The notes: generated by a model from the sequence alone, not told the origin. A DNA stretch of 64,000 nt from Gemmatales bacterium (GCA_039809045.1 JBDHUG010000012.1:5586-69585); one strand, 5' to 3'. Positions 55,694 to 63,866 are shown, numbered from the stretch's first letter. Made by a program: numbers and translations.

Positions 55694-56986
55694 CTAAATC
55701 GAATTAGCATGCTTGGCAAATGGACGCTGGTGCAACGGTTCCTCAATCGTCACGCGCACCACTTCCTTACCAAATTTGTTGAAGCCAATCACCGTGTCGT
55801 TGAAAAGGTGTTGCACTTTGATTTGGCCATTCGGCATCTTGATGGGTACTTCGGCCACTTTCGGACCTTTCTCAATCTTGAATTTGAATAAGATTTGTCG
55901 CTGGGCGCGGAATAGTTGCAGCACCGCCAACAGTTCCCGATCCGGACAGCAATATTGCTCGATGGCCTGTTCCACCCCGGGCCCAAACATTTGTTGCAGA
56001 TAGCCGCGAGGCACCCAACGGGGCGGTATATAATAACCGTTTGGCTCGGTGCCGAACTGCGGATACAACGGTAACGCAATATGACGTTCGCGAATCAGAT
56101 AGCAAAGGGGATTCTCTGGGTCCTTAGCCCAACGGCCATCTCCATCGATCTTCACCAACCCCTGCATGCGAATCTTGCCGACACAAACCGACATGCACCG
56201 CGTTTCCACCGGTTCCCCATTTGGACTTAATTCCGGGTCCTTGCCTTCGATGCGTGGATAGCAGCCTACACACTTTTCGCTCGTGCGCGTATTTGGACGA
56301 TACATTACCTTCTTATAGGGACATCCCTCAACGCATTTGCGGTAGCCTCGGCAGCGTTCTTGATCGACCAAGACGATGCCGTCCTCAGGGCGTTTGTAAA
56401 TAGCTTGCCGTGGGCAGGCACCAAGACAACCCGGATAGGTACAATGATTGCAGATGCGAGCTAAGTAGAAAAACCAGACGCGATGTTCGGGTAGTTGTGA
56501 TGTTTGGTTGAATGCGCCGGGTTGGTATCTCATTCCTTGTGCCGCGTCTTCATGTAAATTGGGGGTACGCCAATCTGCTTCCGTAGGCAAATAGCCGAAA
56601 ACTTGTTGAGCCCCTTCTGGACCTACGTGCTTTTTGGCAGCATCAAAAATGGTCATACCCGTAAATTCACCGTACGGTTTTTCCTGACTTCTTTGGACTG
56701 TGGCATCCCATACTTGTTTCCCAGGATTTTCCTGGTCGAGCATGGCAAGCAGTTTGGCATCCCAGTTACGCGGATAGCCGCCAAATGGCTTTGTTTCAAC
56801 GTTGTTCCACCACATCGTCTCCTGCCCCTTGGAGAAGGTCCAGGTGCTTTTGCAAGCCATGGTGCATGTCTGGCAAGCAATGCAACGATTGATGTTGAAC
56901 ACGAAGGCGAATTGCCATTGCGGGTGTTTTTCATCGTAAGGGTAACTCATAGGTCGGCCGATTTGCCAGTTATAAACCATAGCCAT
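55694..56986 (-). CDS. NarH/NxrB-like iron-sulfur beta subunit of a type II DMSO-reductase-family enzyme
   Basis: Four Fe-S motifs: CIACQTCTMAC, CNHCTYPGCLGACP, CRGYRKCVEGCPYKK (very NarH-like) and CVGCYPRIEGK. 430 aa. AAGGAA RBS. Confidence 0.9.
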   Translation of the reverse strand: MAMVYNWQIGRPMSYPYDEKHPQWQFAFVFNINRCIACQTCTMACKSTWTFSKGQETMWWNNVETKPFGGYPRNWDAKLLAMLDQENPGKQVWDATVQRSQEKPYGEFTGMTIFDAAKKHVGPEGAQQVFGYLPTEADWRTPNLHEDAAQGMRYQPGAFNQTSQLPEHRVWFFYLARICNHCTYPGCLGACPRQAIYKRPEDGIVLVDQERCRGYRKCVEGCPYKKVMYRPNTRTSEKCVGCYPRIEGKDPELSPNGEPVETRCMSVCVGKIRMQGLVKIDGDGRWAKDPENPLCYLIRERHIALPLYPQFGTEPNGYYIPPRWVPRGYLQQMFGPGVEQAIEQYCCPDRELLAVLQLFRAQRQILFKFKIEKGPKVAEVPIKMPNGQIKVQHLFNDTVIGFNKFGKEVVRVTIEEPLHQRPFAKHANSI

Positions 56987-56999
56987 GGCCAGGTTCCTT

Positions 57000-57410
57000 T
57001 CAGGAGAGAAGCCCTTCCGAATGTTCCCGTCGCCGCAACGAAAGTTGGATCAAGCCCATGTCATCGTCTGCTTCGATCAAATCTGGGTCTGGTGTTTCGT
57101 CAACAACTGCTGTCACTCGCACACCAGCCATGCTTGCGATCAACTCATCGATCTCTGCCATCACCCGTGCTTCACCAAAATGGTCATACAATTGCTTCAG
57201 CACGGGAAATTCATCGTTCCGAAACAAGCTCAACAAATCCTCACGACTCCATCCCATCCACAAGTATTCGTCGATCATGCAGCGGAGCATCAATGCTGGA
57301 TCGCCATTCACAACGTTGGTCATCAGTTCCATGGGATCTTCGGGAAACATCTCCCGATCCAGGGGATGAACTTTAGGGACCATGTTGTCAGCCAAGGTAT
57401 CCATCGCCAT
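57000..57410 (-). CDS. small acidic protein of unknown function between alpha and beta subunit genes
   Basis: 136 aa with no signal peptide, rich in Asp/Glu. A strong AAGGAG RBS lies 5 nt upstream of the ATG and immediately after the alpha-subunit stop. Its own stop is 13 nt before the beta start. Confidence 0.65.
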   Translation of the reverse strand: MAMDTLADNMVPKVHPLDREMFPEDPMELMTNVVNGDPALMLRCMIDEYLWMGWSREDLLSLFRNDEFPVLKQLYDHFGEARVMAEIDELIASMAGVRVTAVVDETPDPDLIEADDDMGLIQLSLRRREHSEGLLS

Positions 57411-57421
57411 TCACTCCTTGA

Positions 57422-60400
57422 TTAACTTCGCACCTTAATCAGTCCACCGCTGAGGTATTGCAGATTGAGCGGTGAATCATTACCAGGGGTGAAGACCATG
57501 TCGGCGGTTTCCCACGGGCCTTTACCGCCTAATCCACCGTCTTCCGCTTTGACGATGCGAACCAGGGTCTCTTTCGGCACCGTGTTGACTGCATGATTGT
57601 CGGCTTCGCCACCGAACATGAACGCCATCTTCACCTTGGCTTTGTGGAACAAACTGTCGGTTTGATGCATCGGCATCAACCAATTGCGCGTACAGGATTG
57701 TTGCGCACCGTAGCGTAAATTGGCTTGATATCCGGTATCGGCGGAGCGTGCGCGCCCATCAGCACTATTTTCGTGGGCATGAACCGTTTTTTCCGTGGCA
57801 ATGAAAGGAGCATGTTTGATCATGACCACGCCACGTGGATAACTCGGATTGTAGACGACCCTGAGCATGAGCCGAGCCACCTTGGCTCGTGCAGGGTCTT
57901 GCTGCCAGCCGCGGAAAGGCCGATCTGCGGGATTGGAATCCACATATGCATAATCCCCATTCATGAGGCCCATTTCCTTGGCATCATCTGGATTCATGTG
58001 CATTTGATGATCGCCATATCCAGGCAGCCGTTTATCGGTCCGGAAAGGGTCGCCGTGATTGGAATCCCAAATGATATGCCAATCCACCGTCGACCAAGAA
58101 GAATGGACGCGGTGTCTTGATTTCGGCGTCAACAAGAAATAGCGGTAGCCCGCTTCCCAGAGCGGATTCTTGGTTTGTTTTACTTCATTCCAGGGTAACT
58201 TGACGTTCCGAATGGTGCGTTCATCCCAATGCATGGCGTCGCGGGGAATACCAAAATCTTCAGGCCTAATCATTGGGTTCGAACTGACGATCACATTGGG
58301 CAGATAGGGTGTTGCTTCCGGCCCCTCGCGATGAACGATGAAATTCTCACCATGTAGAATCGCTTCAGGGATGTCGCAATAGCTGTTCAGTCTACCCGTG
58401 TCGGTCCAGAAGGGCACGTGATCGTGCATGTTTTCATAGAACGGGATACGCGGGTAAGTTCGGAACAACATCAAAGCTACGCCCGGCTCGCCATACTTGC
58501 CATTGATGATGTCATCGACCTTATAACCGCGGGTCGTGGTAGAACCATCCAATAGCCTCTGCATGTATATTTTCACACCTTGTGTTTTGTCCTTGAGGAT
58601 AAATCGCCAATAATTGGCAAATCGTTCATCACCCGTTTCTTTGGCCAAGGCTTCAGCGGTATCCGCAAGGATATGAACGTCATCATGAGCATCGTGAACC
58701 GGATCGATACCGCCTTTCCATATGTTCAAAAACGGATTCGAGCAAGAAGCAGTGATTTCATACGTTTGAAATTCCATCCACGTATTGGCCGGGAAGACCA
58801 TGTCGGCATATTCACACGAACTGGTCATCTCACAATCTTGTGCGATGATGCAATCAATTTTGGGATTCACGACAAAGAGCATGTCATAGGCATGCTTGGC
58901 ATTATTGAACAAATTGACATTGGTGAACCACAGGAATTTGGTCGGCGTGGGCATATGAGTTTTGCCCGTAAAACATCGGCGCCCCATTTTCGGCGTGTCA
59001 ACAATAAGAGGCCTTTCGCCGTGATTCCAATAAGCGGGCTCTTCATCCTTCGTCAGTTTCAAAACCTTGATGGAGTTGCCGTCAGTGGCCGGGTCGAGAT
59101 TTGGCTTGAAAGGATCCTCGGCAATCCAGCCCAAAAAACCCGGCCCGGTGCCTTCGGCGCCCTGAAACAGTGCCGCTTTGTAATTCCCAGCCCATGTGAA
59201 GCAACCTGCCCCAGGGCGCCCCAATTGCCCCGTGAGCATCAAGGGCAGGTACTGCGACCGATTCGCCAACGTTGCATGGAACCAATGGTTGATGCCTTCC
59301 CCGACATGAATCGCTACCGAATGACCACGTTCGGTTGTTTCCCAAATATCCTTGGCAAGTTGAGCGAGTAGTTCTTTGTTTGAACCGGTGATTTGCGCGA
59401 CCGTATCCAGATCGTAATCCTGCAGATTGATCTGATAAGCGTCCCATAAGGTCATTACTTCTACTTCATGTCCATCCACCAGTTTGACTTTTCCTTTGTA
59501 CGACAAAGCTGGCGTGATTCCCGCTTGTTGCATGCGTTCGCCCATTTCGTCGCGGGTGATTGGTCGAAGTGCGTTTTGCTTTTCGTCAAAGATGACAAAG
59601 TCTCCGATCTTGGCATATTGTTCATCAGTGAGATGCTGATAGCTGAAGGAAGGTCCTTTCTTATCCAGCTTGAGTTGGTAACCAGGGAATAATTCACTGG
59701 CGCGTAGCCGCTTCAAATTATCGGTGCGTATGAGCAGCGGAAAGTCCGTGTATGCTTTGACAAAATCGGCTTTGTACCAGCCTTGATCGATCATGTGCTT
59801 GGTAACGGCCAAAAATAAAGCTGTATCAGTGCAACCTGGTCGGACCTGGATCCAATAATTCGCTTTCGTCGCCGGCGGACCATATTCGGGTGTGATCACA
59901 ACAATCTTGCCACCCCTCTCCATCAGTTCGTTGAACCAATGGTTGTCGGGCATTTTGTTTTCGACAAGGTTCTTGCCACACTGAATATGCAGTTTGGCAT
60001 TGCGCATGTCGTTGAAATCACAATCAGATGTTTGCAAACCATGAACGAATGGATGCCCAGGCGCCTGATCACCGTGCCAGGTATAATTGGACCAGAGCCT
60101 ACCTCCCAGGCAATCCTTCGCTGCCACCTTACGAATGGACTCATCGAGCAGAGCGAGCATGTTGGCCCAACGATAAATACCATACTTGCCCATCACGCCA
60201 AGCAACCCCATGCCCCCGCGTAGCTTGAAGGTCCGCGTGCCAGCACCATGGCATTCATCGATCATTTCTGGTTCATAGCCGTCTGCTTTCAGACGTTTTG
60301 CACCCTCAGAGCCTGAATAAGTCTTGGCAATAGCAACCACCGCTTTGGCATGGTAGCGATAGATCTCATCCCATGTCACCCGAACGAAAGTATCCGTGCC

Positions 60401-60886
60401 ACGCGAATTGAATTTGTATTTATCACGCAATTCAGGGTTATCCGACAATGAAGGGAAACCATCGTCGGCCCATGCTTTCCAGCCCTTGCGAATCAATGGA
60501 TAGCGGAGCCGATAAGGCCCGTAGAGCCGACGCTGTTGCGTAAATCCTTTGGCACACCCGCGCGGATTCCAGTGCTCGGTGTCCGTATGGCCGTACAAAT
60601 CTTTGACTTTGCCGCTTTCGTATTGTTGTTCCGACCTCAAGACGATGCCATTGCGAACAAAAGCAACCATGCGACAGTTGTGCGTGTCGTTTGGCGCACA
60701 TACCCAGGAAAAGGACCGATCGTAGCGATATTGATCTCGATAAACTTCTTCCCATCCACGATTGGGATAGACACCCAGTGGATTGGCAATATTGACCGGC
60801 TGTAACCCAAAAAGGTGTGGCAGCATCAAAGATTGAGTTGATATGGCCAGGCTGCTTGCCAGAAAGTCGCGACGATTCATGTCCAA
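57422..60886 (-). CDS. Tat-exported molybdopterin oxidoreductase alpha subunit, NxrA/NarG-like (type II DMSO reductase family)
   Basis: Twin-arginine signal MNRRDFLASS. FS0-type motif C-x3-D-x3-C (CAPNDTHNC, nt 60674-60700). 1154 aa. It is flanked by gamma, beta and chaperone genes. Confidence 0.9.
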   Translation of the reverse strand: MDMNRRDFLASSLAISTQSLMLPHLFGLQPVNIANPLGVYPNRGWEEVYRDQYRYDRSFSWVCAPNDTHNCRMVAFVRNGIVLRSEQQYESGKVKDLYGHTDTEHWNPRGCAKGFTQQRRLYGPYRLRYPLIRKGWKAWADDGFPSLSDNPELRDKYKFNSRGTDTFVRVTWDEIYRYHAKAVVAIAKTYSGSEGAKRLKADGYEPEMIDECHGAGTRTFKLRGGMGLLGVMGKYGIYRWANMLALLDESIRKVAAKDCLGGRLWSNYTWHGDQAPGHPFVHGLQTSDCDFNDMRNAKLHIQCGKNLVENKMPDNHWFNELMERGGKIVVITPEYGPPATKANYWIQVRPGCTDTALFLAVTKHMIDQGWYKADFVKAYTDFPLLIRTDNLKRLRASELFPGYQLKLDKKGPSFSYQHLTDEQYAKIGDFVIFDEKQNALRPITRDEMGERMQQAGITPALSYKGKVKLVDGHEVEVMTLWDAYQINLQDYDLDTVAQITGSNKELLAQLAKDIWETTERGHSVAIHVGEGINHWFHATLANRSQYLPLMLTGQLGRPGAGCFTWAGNYKAALFQGAEGTGPGFLGWIAEDPFKPNLDPATDGNSIKVLKLTKDEEPAYWNHGERPLIVDTPKMGRRCFTGKTHMPTPTKFLWFTNVNLFNNAKHAYDMLFVVNPKIDCIIAQDCEMTSSCEYADMVFPANTWMEFQTYEITASCSNPFLNIWKGGIDPVHDAHDDVHILADTAEALAKETGDERFANYWRFILKDKTQGVKIYMQRLLDGSTTTRGYKVDDIINGKYGEPGVALMLFRTYPRIPFYENMHDHVPFWTDTGRLNSYCDIPEAILHGENFIVHREGPEATPYLPNVIVSSNPMIRPEDFGIPRDAMHWDERTIRNVKLPWNEVKQTKNPLWEAGYRYFLLTPKSRHRVHSSWSTVDWHIIWDSNHGDPFRTDKRLPGYGDHQMHMNPDDAKEMGLMNGDYAYVDSNPADRPFRGWQQDPARAKVARLMLRVVYNPSYPRGVVMIKHAPFIATEKTVHAHENSADGRARSADTGYQANLRYGAQQSCTRNWLMPMHQTDSLFHKAKVKMAFMFGGEADNHAVNTVPKETLVRIVKAEDGGLGGKGPWETADMVFTPGNDSPLNLQYLSGGLIKVRS

Positions 60887-60919
60887 CTCCTCTCCGGGGA
60901 GGTAAACGTCTCTAGCCCA

Positions 60920-62602
60920 TTACTCCACGGTTAATTCGTGCCAAATGGAAATTTGCTTCTGACCATTACGATCACGGTAGGCACCATCCCAGATTGAAAA
61001 TGCGATGAAGCATTTTTTGCCAGAGTTCAGTAGCACGCCTTCATTGTTTTGCACCTGTAATGGCCGTGTAAACACCACCGACCACTGGCCCGATTCATAC
61101 TTTGCATGTGCGTTCACGACTTGTGAGCTCAACGGTCGAAATGTTGTGCTGCCCGGTCCTTGAGCCATCAAGTTGCTCGCGTTGTTTCCATTGGCGGATG
61201 CACTGTTCTGATTTTTGGCTGCTCGAGCAGTGATGAAGTCAGGAATCGGGCGATCAGACTTAGGCAGCCTCTTCAATAACTGTTGATAAAAAGGCAGATC
61301 AAAGGGATAGTCGTCCAAAATGTGTTTCGAGGCTGTTTGATCAACCGCATGGCTCGCCTTCCATAGCCAGATATCAACGACGCCAAATCCATGTGCCCCC
61401 ATGCCGATGAAGGGCTCGTTCTGTCCATCGAATAGTTGCAGGGATGCTTGGTCCTCAAAATCTTCAGGACGCAGGATGGAGTCATTCTTAGTTGAATCAT
61501 TCCAGCTCATACGCACAGCCAGCTGTTTGCCATCGTGCACCATCTGAACTTGTAAATGTGGCGGTTGCCAATCACGCCACCATAATGGCGCTGTGACAAC
61601 GAACGTGGATGGTACTTGCTGCCAATCGACACGGTTGAGATCGGCTACCCGCCTGGCCACCAACGCTTCACGCTTGAATTGAACTTGTTTCATGGCTGAT
61701 TCTGGCGCAAGCGAACGAATAAAATGCACCATATCCATGATTTCAGTGGGCTTTAGCTGCGGACTACCAGGCATGGGCGTTCCCGGCATGCCGATTTGCG
61801 TGCGGCGATACAGCGAAGCCACATCACGTCCCCCTTTGAAAATTCCTAATGTGAAATCGCGTGGTTTCGTAGGGGTCCCGTCGTCGTCGCGTTGATCTTT
61901 GCCGCCCTCGCCACGGCCTGTTTCTCCATGGCAAGTGGCACAATTGGCCATGTACAAAGCCCGACCACGCAGCACACTGGCCTGCTCTTCTTTAGGCATG
62001 TCTGTGGGTAAAGAGATCAAATCGCCAGGAGTTGTTTGCCGAACGGATTCCTTTTTGATTTGTTGCAGGTCTACTTCATCACCGGCGTCTTCATAAGCCT
62101 TCTTGAGTCGCTGTTCAATGCCTAAACGAGAAAGCTCACGAACGTATTGAACCAACGTTTTGCGTTCCATATCAGACAAGTGACCAAAAGCCACCATTAT
62201 CGAACCAGGCATGCCGTTGGTGATGACTTGCATCAAATCTTCATCTGTGGGAATGCGATTGATGGTGGAGATAACCTTAAACTTGCCTTCCTGGAAATTG
62301 CGTGGCTTCGGATATAAGAATGGAGCAGCAATGCCAAGCCCATCCCCCTTATCGCCATGACAGGAAGCACAATGGCGGTCATAGAGGGCTTTGCCCATGG
62401 CTAGCATGGGATTAGCCGAATCGCCGGGCTGGGTTGCAATTTGCGTTACAGGATGCAAGATAACAGCTTCGTAAGGCTTGCTATAAGCCCAAGCCCAGAT
62501 ACCACTCCCACACCCAATCCCTATTCCCAGAATCAGGAGCCCTTTTGAGATGGTTTGCGTCATGATTATGCTCCTTGGGATCATCGTCGCTACCGTTGTC
62601 AA
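60920..62602 (-). CDS. membrane-anchored di-haem cytochrome c fused to an EB_dh-type (ethylbenzene dehydrogenase gamma-like) haem-b domain; NxrC-like gamma subunit
   Basis: N-terminal TM helix. Two CxxCH motifs (CASCH at nt 62357-62371, and CATCH). The C-terminal block (..MGAHGFGVVDIWLWKA...WSVVFTRPL...IAFSIWDGAYRDRNGQKQISIWHEL) resembles the EB_dh/DOMON-like family. Confidence 0.8.
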   Translation of the reverse strand: MTTVATMIPRSIIMTQTISKGLLILGIGIGCGSGIWAWAYSKPYEAVILHPVTQIATQPGDSANPMLAMGKALYDRHCASCHGDKGDGLGIAAPFLYPKPRNFQEGKFKVISTINRIPTDEDLMQVITNGMPGSIMVAFGHLSDMERKTLVQYVRELSRLGIEQRLKKAYEDAGDEVDLQQIKKESVRQTTPGDLISLPTDMPKEEQASVLRGRALYMANCATCHGETGRGEGGKDQRDDDGTPTKPRDFTLGIFKGGRDVASLYRRTQIGMPGTPMPGSPQLKPTEIMDMVHFIRSLAPESAMKQVQFKREALVARRVADLNRVDWQQVPSTFVVTAPLWWRDWQPPHLQVQMVHDGKQLAVRMSWNDSTKNDSILRPEDFEDQASLQLFDGQNEPFIGMGAHGFGVVDIWLWKASHAVDQTASKHILDDYPFDLPFYQQLLKRLPKSDRPIPDFITARAAKNQNSASANGNNASNLMAQGPGSTTFRPLSSQVVNAHAKYESGQWSVVFTRPLQVQNNEGVLLNSGKKCFIAFSIWDGAYRDRNGQKQISIWHELTVE

Positions 62603-62733
62603 CTCAACAACGCAAATGAAATGCCAATACTCGTTCGAACTAGAAAAGTATGTTCCGCATTACAGGGGGTTGACTATGCACGGTGGCAAGGGGCTAAGTT
62701 TCACCAGACATGCTTACCTAATCCGCACATTTG

Positions 62734-62752
62734 CTGTGCAGATGCTGCACAG
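62734..62752. promoter_or_regulatory. inverted repeat CTGTGCAG-ATG-CTGCACAG in the divergent control region
   Basis: Perfect 8-bp arms separated by 3 nt. It lies in the 331-bp gap between the gamma-subunit gene and the cupredoxin gene. Confidence 0.4.
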
Positions 62753-62770
62753 TGCACATCGATGAGTATC

Positions 62771-62823
62771 ACTTGAAGCATGCCATTTCATGGCTTTGGT
62801 GAGACAATCACCAACTTGAAGCA
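62771..62823. repeat. 10-nt direct repeat ACTTGAAGCA x2 (spaced 43 bp) enclosing two short palindromes
   Basis: ACTTGAAGCA occurs at 62771-62780 and 62814-62823. Between the copies lie GCCAT-TTC-ATGGC and GGTGA-GACAA-TCACC. Confidence 0.4.
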
Positions 62824-62933
62824 AATTCCTGCCCTTGGCACAGAAACTGCGAAGTACAAAGCGTCGTCAGACCAGATTTTGCATTTTTTCAGAGCAGGTT
62901 TCTTGGCACTCCATGAACGAAAGGACATACACA

Positions 62934-63710
62934 ATGGCGCATCAACCAATCAAACGGTTAATACTTTTTTTGGTCTCAAGTGTTGGGCTGTGTCTAATAG
63001 GAATTGTCGGTGGTTTGGCGAATGCCATGCCTGACCCAATGGCCGATGGATGGGGTACAATCAAAGGGCAAATCATTTTTGACGGAACGGCTCCAACACC
63101 TGAAAACCTTAAAGTGGACAAAGATACGGATCACTGCTTGTCGAAAGGCCCTATCAAGAGTGAGGCATGGACAGTAGATCCTAAAAGCAAGGGAGTAAAA
63201 TGGGTCACGATTTTCTTGAAGCCTGCCAAAGGTCAATCCTTACCAGTTCATGATTCCCTCAAAGCTGTACCAAGTGAACCAGCCTATTTGGATCAGCCTC
63301 TTTGCACATTCGCACCACATGTGATTGCCATGCGTGAAGGGCAAAAATTGATTGCTAAAAACCCAGCCCCGATTCCACACAATGTCATTTTGTCTGGGCT
63401 TAGCAACTCAATGAACGTATCCACTCCAGCAGGCGGATCGTACACTTTCGATGTCAATTATGAGCCAGGTCCCATCACGATCAACTGTGGAGCGCATCCA
63501 TGGATGCGTGGTCACGTATGGGTCTTTAAACATCCTTATTTTGCGGTCACCGATGATGAAGGCCGCTTTGAAATCAAGCTGGCTCCCGCGGGTAAACGGC
63601 AATTGGTTATTTGGCACGAGATGGCTGGGTTCGTACCCGACAAGAATGGTCAAACCATTGATGTGACAGCCAATGGTGTCCTAGATTTAGGTACGATCAA
63701 GATTAAATGA
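62934..63710 (+). CDS. type-1 copper cupredoxin (amicyanin/plastocyanin-like) with C-terminal beta-sandwich (carboxypeptidase-regulatory-like) domain
   Basis: ATG at 62934 with AAGGA upstream (alternative start at 62913). Signal/anchor sequence, upstream His ligand context IPHNV, and C-x2-H-x2-M (CGAHPWM, nt 63486-63506). The tail ..FAVTDDEGRFEIKLAPAGKRQLVIWHE is typical of CarboxypepD_reg-like folds. Confidence 0.75.
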   Translation: MAHQPIKRLILFLVSSVGLCLIGIVGGLANAMPDPMADGWGTIKGQIIFDGTAPTPENLKVDKDTDHCLSKGPIKSEAWTVDPKSKGVKWVTIFLKPAKGQSLPVHDSLKAVPSEPAYLDQPLCTFAPHVIAMREGQKLIAKNPAPIPHNVILSGLSNSMNVSTPAGGSYTFDVNYEPGPITINCGAHPWMRGHVWVFKHPYFAVTDDEGRFEIKLAPAGKRQLVIWHEMAGFVPDKNGQTIDVTANGVLDLGTIKIK

Positions 63711-63795
63711 TCCGTGAATTGCTTCCCTAGTGGCGCGGGAAATCTGAATTTGGTAAAGTGAAAGGAAGTGCAGTTGGTTGAAGAATTTGCTAATG

Positions 63796-63831
63796 CCTCT
63801 CCTCACGGTGCGTGAGGAGAGGATGTGTTTT
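63796..63831 (+). terminator. rho-independent terminator after the cupredoxin gene
   Basis: Perfect 11-bp stem CCTCTCCTCAC/GTGAGGAGAGG with a 5-nt loop, followed by ATGTGTTTT. Confidence 0.8.
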
Positions 63832-63866
63832 GGCTGAACTCAACACTTTGTTCACTTGGTGGCCTC

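Noticed and set aside
56603-59371. Long plus-strand ORFs (257 aa at 56603-57376, 146 aa at 56985-57425, 263 aa at 58580-59371) antisense to the molybdoenzyme genes
   Set aside because: The minus-strand genes have unmistakable family motifs (Fe-S clusters, Tat signal). The antisense translations are Arg/His/Pro-rich and motif-free, so they are shadow ORFs.
62550-62776. 71- and 73-aa plus-strand ORFs in the NXR-like/cupredoxin intergenic region
   Set aside because: They overlap the 5' end of the gamma-subunit gene and the repeat-rich control region. They have no RBS and no motifs, so this is more plausibly regulatory DNA.
53842-63710. Calling the organism an anammox bacterium or nitrite oxidiser, and naming the genes nxrABC
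   Set aside because: The window has no hydrazine synthase or dehydrogenase, nitrite reductase, or carbon-fixation genes. Its flanks look like a heterotrophic planctomycete. Substrate assignment needs a phylogeny, so the genes are called NXR/NAR-like only.
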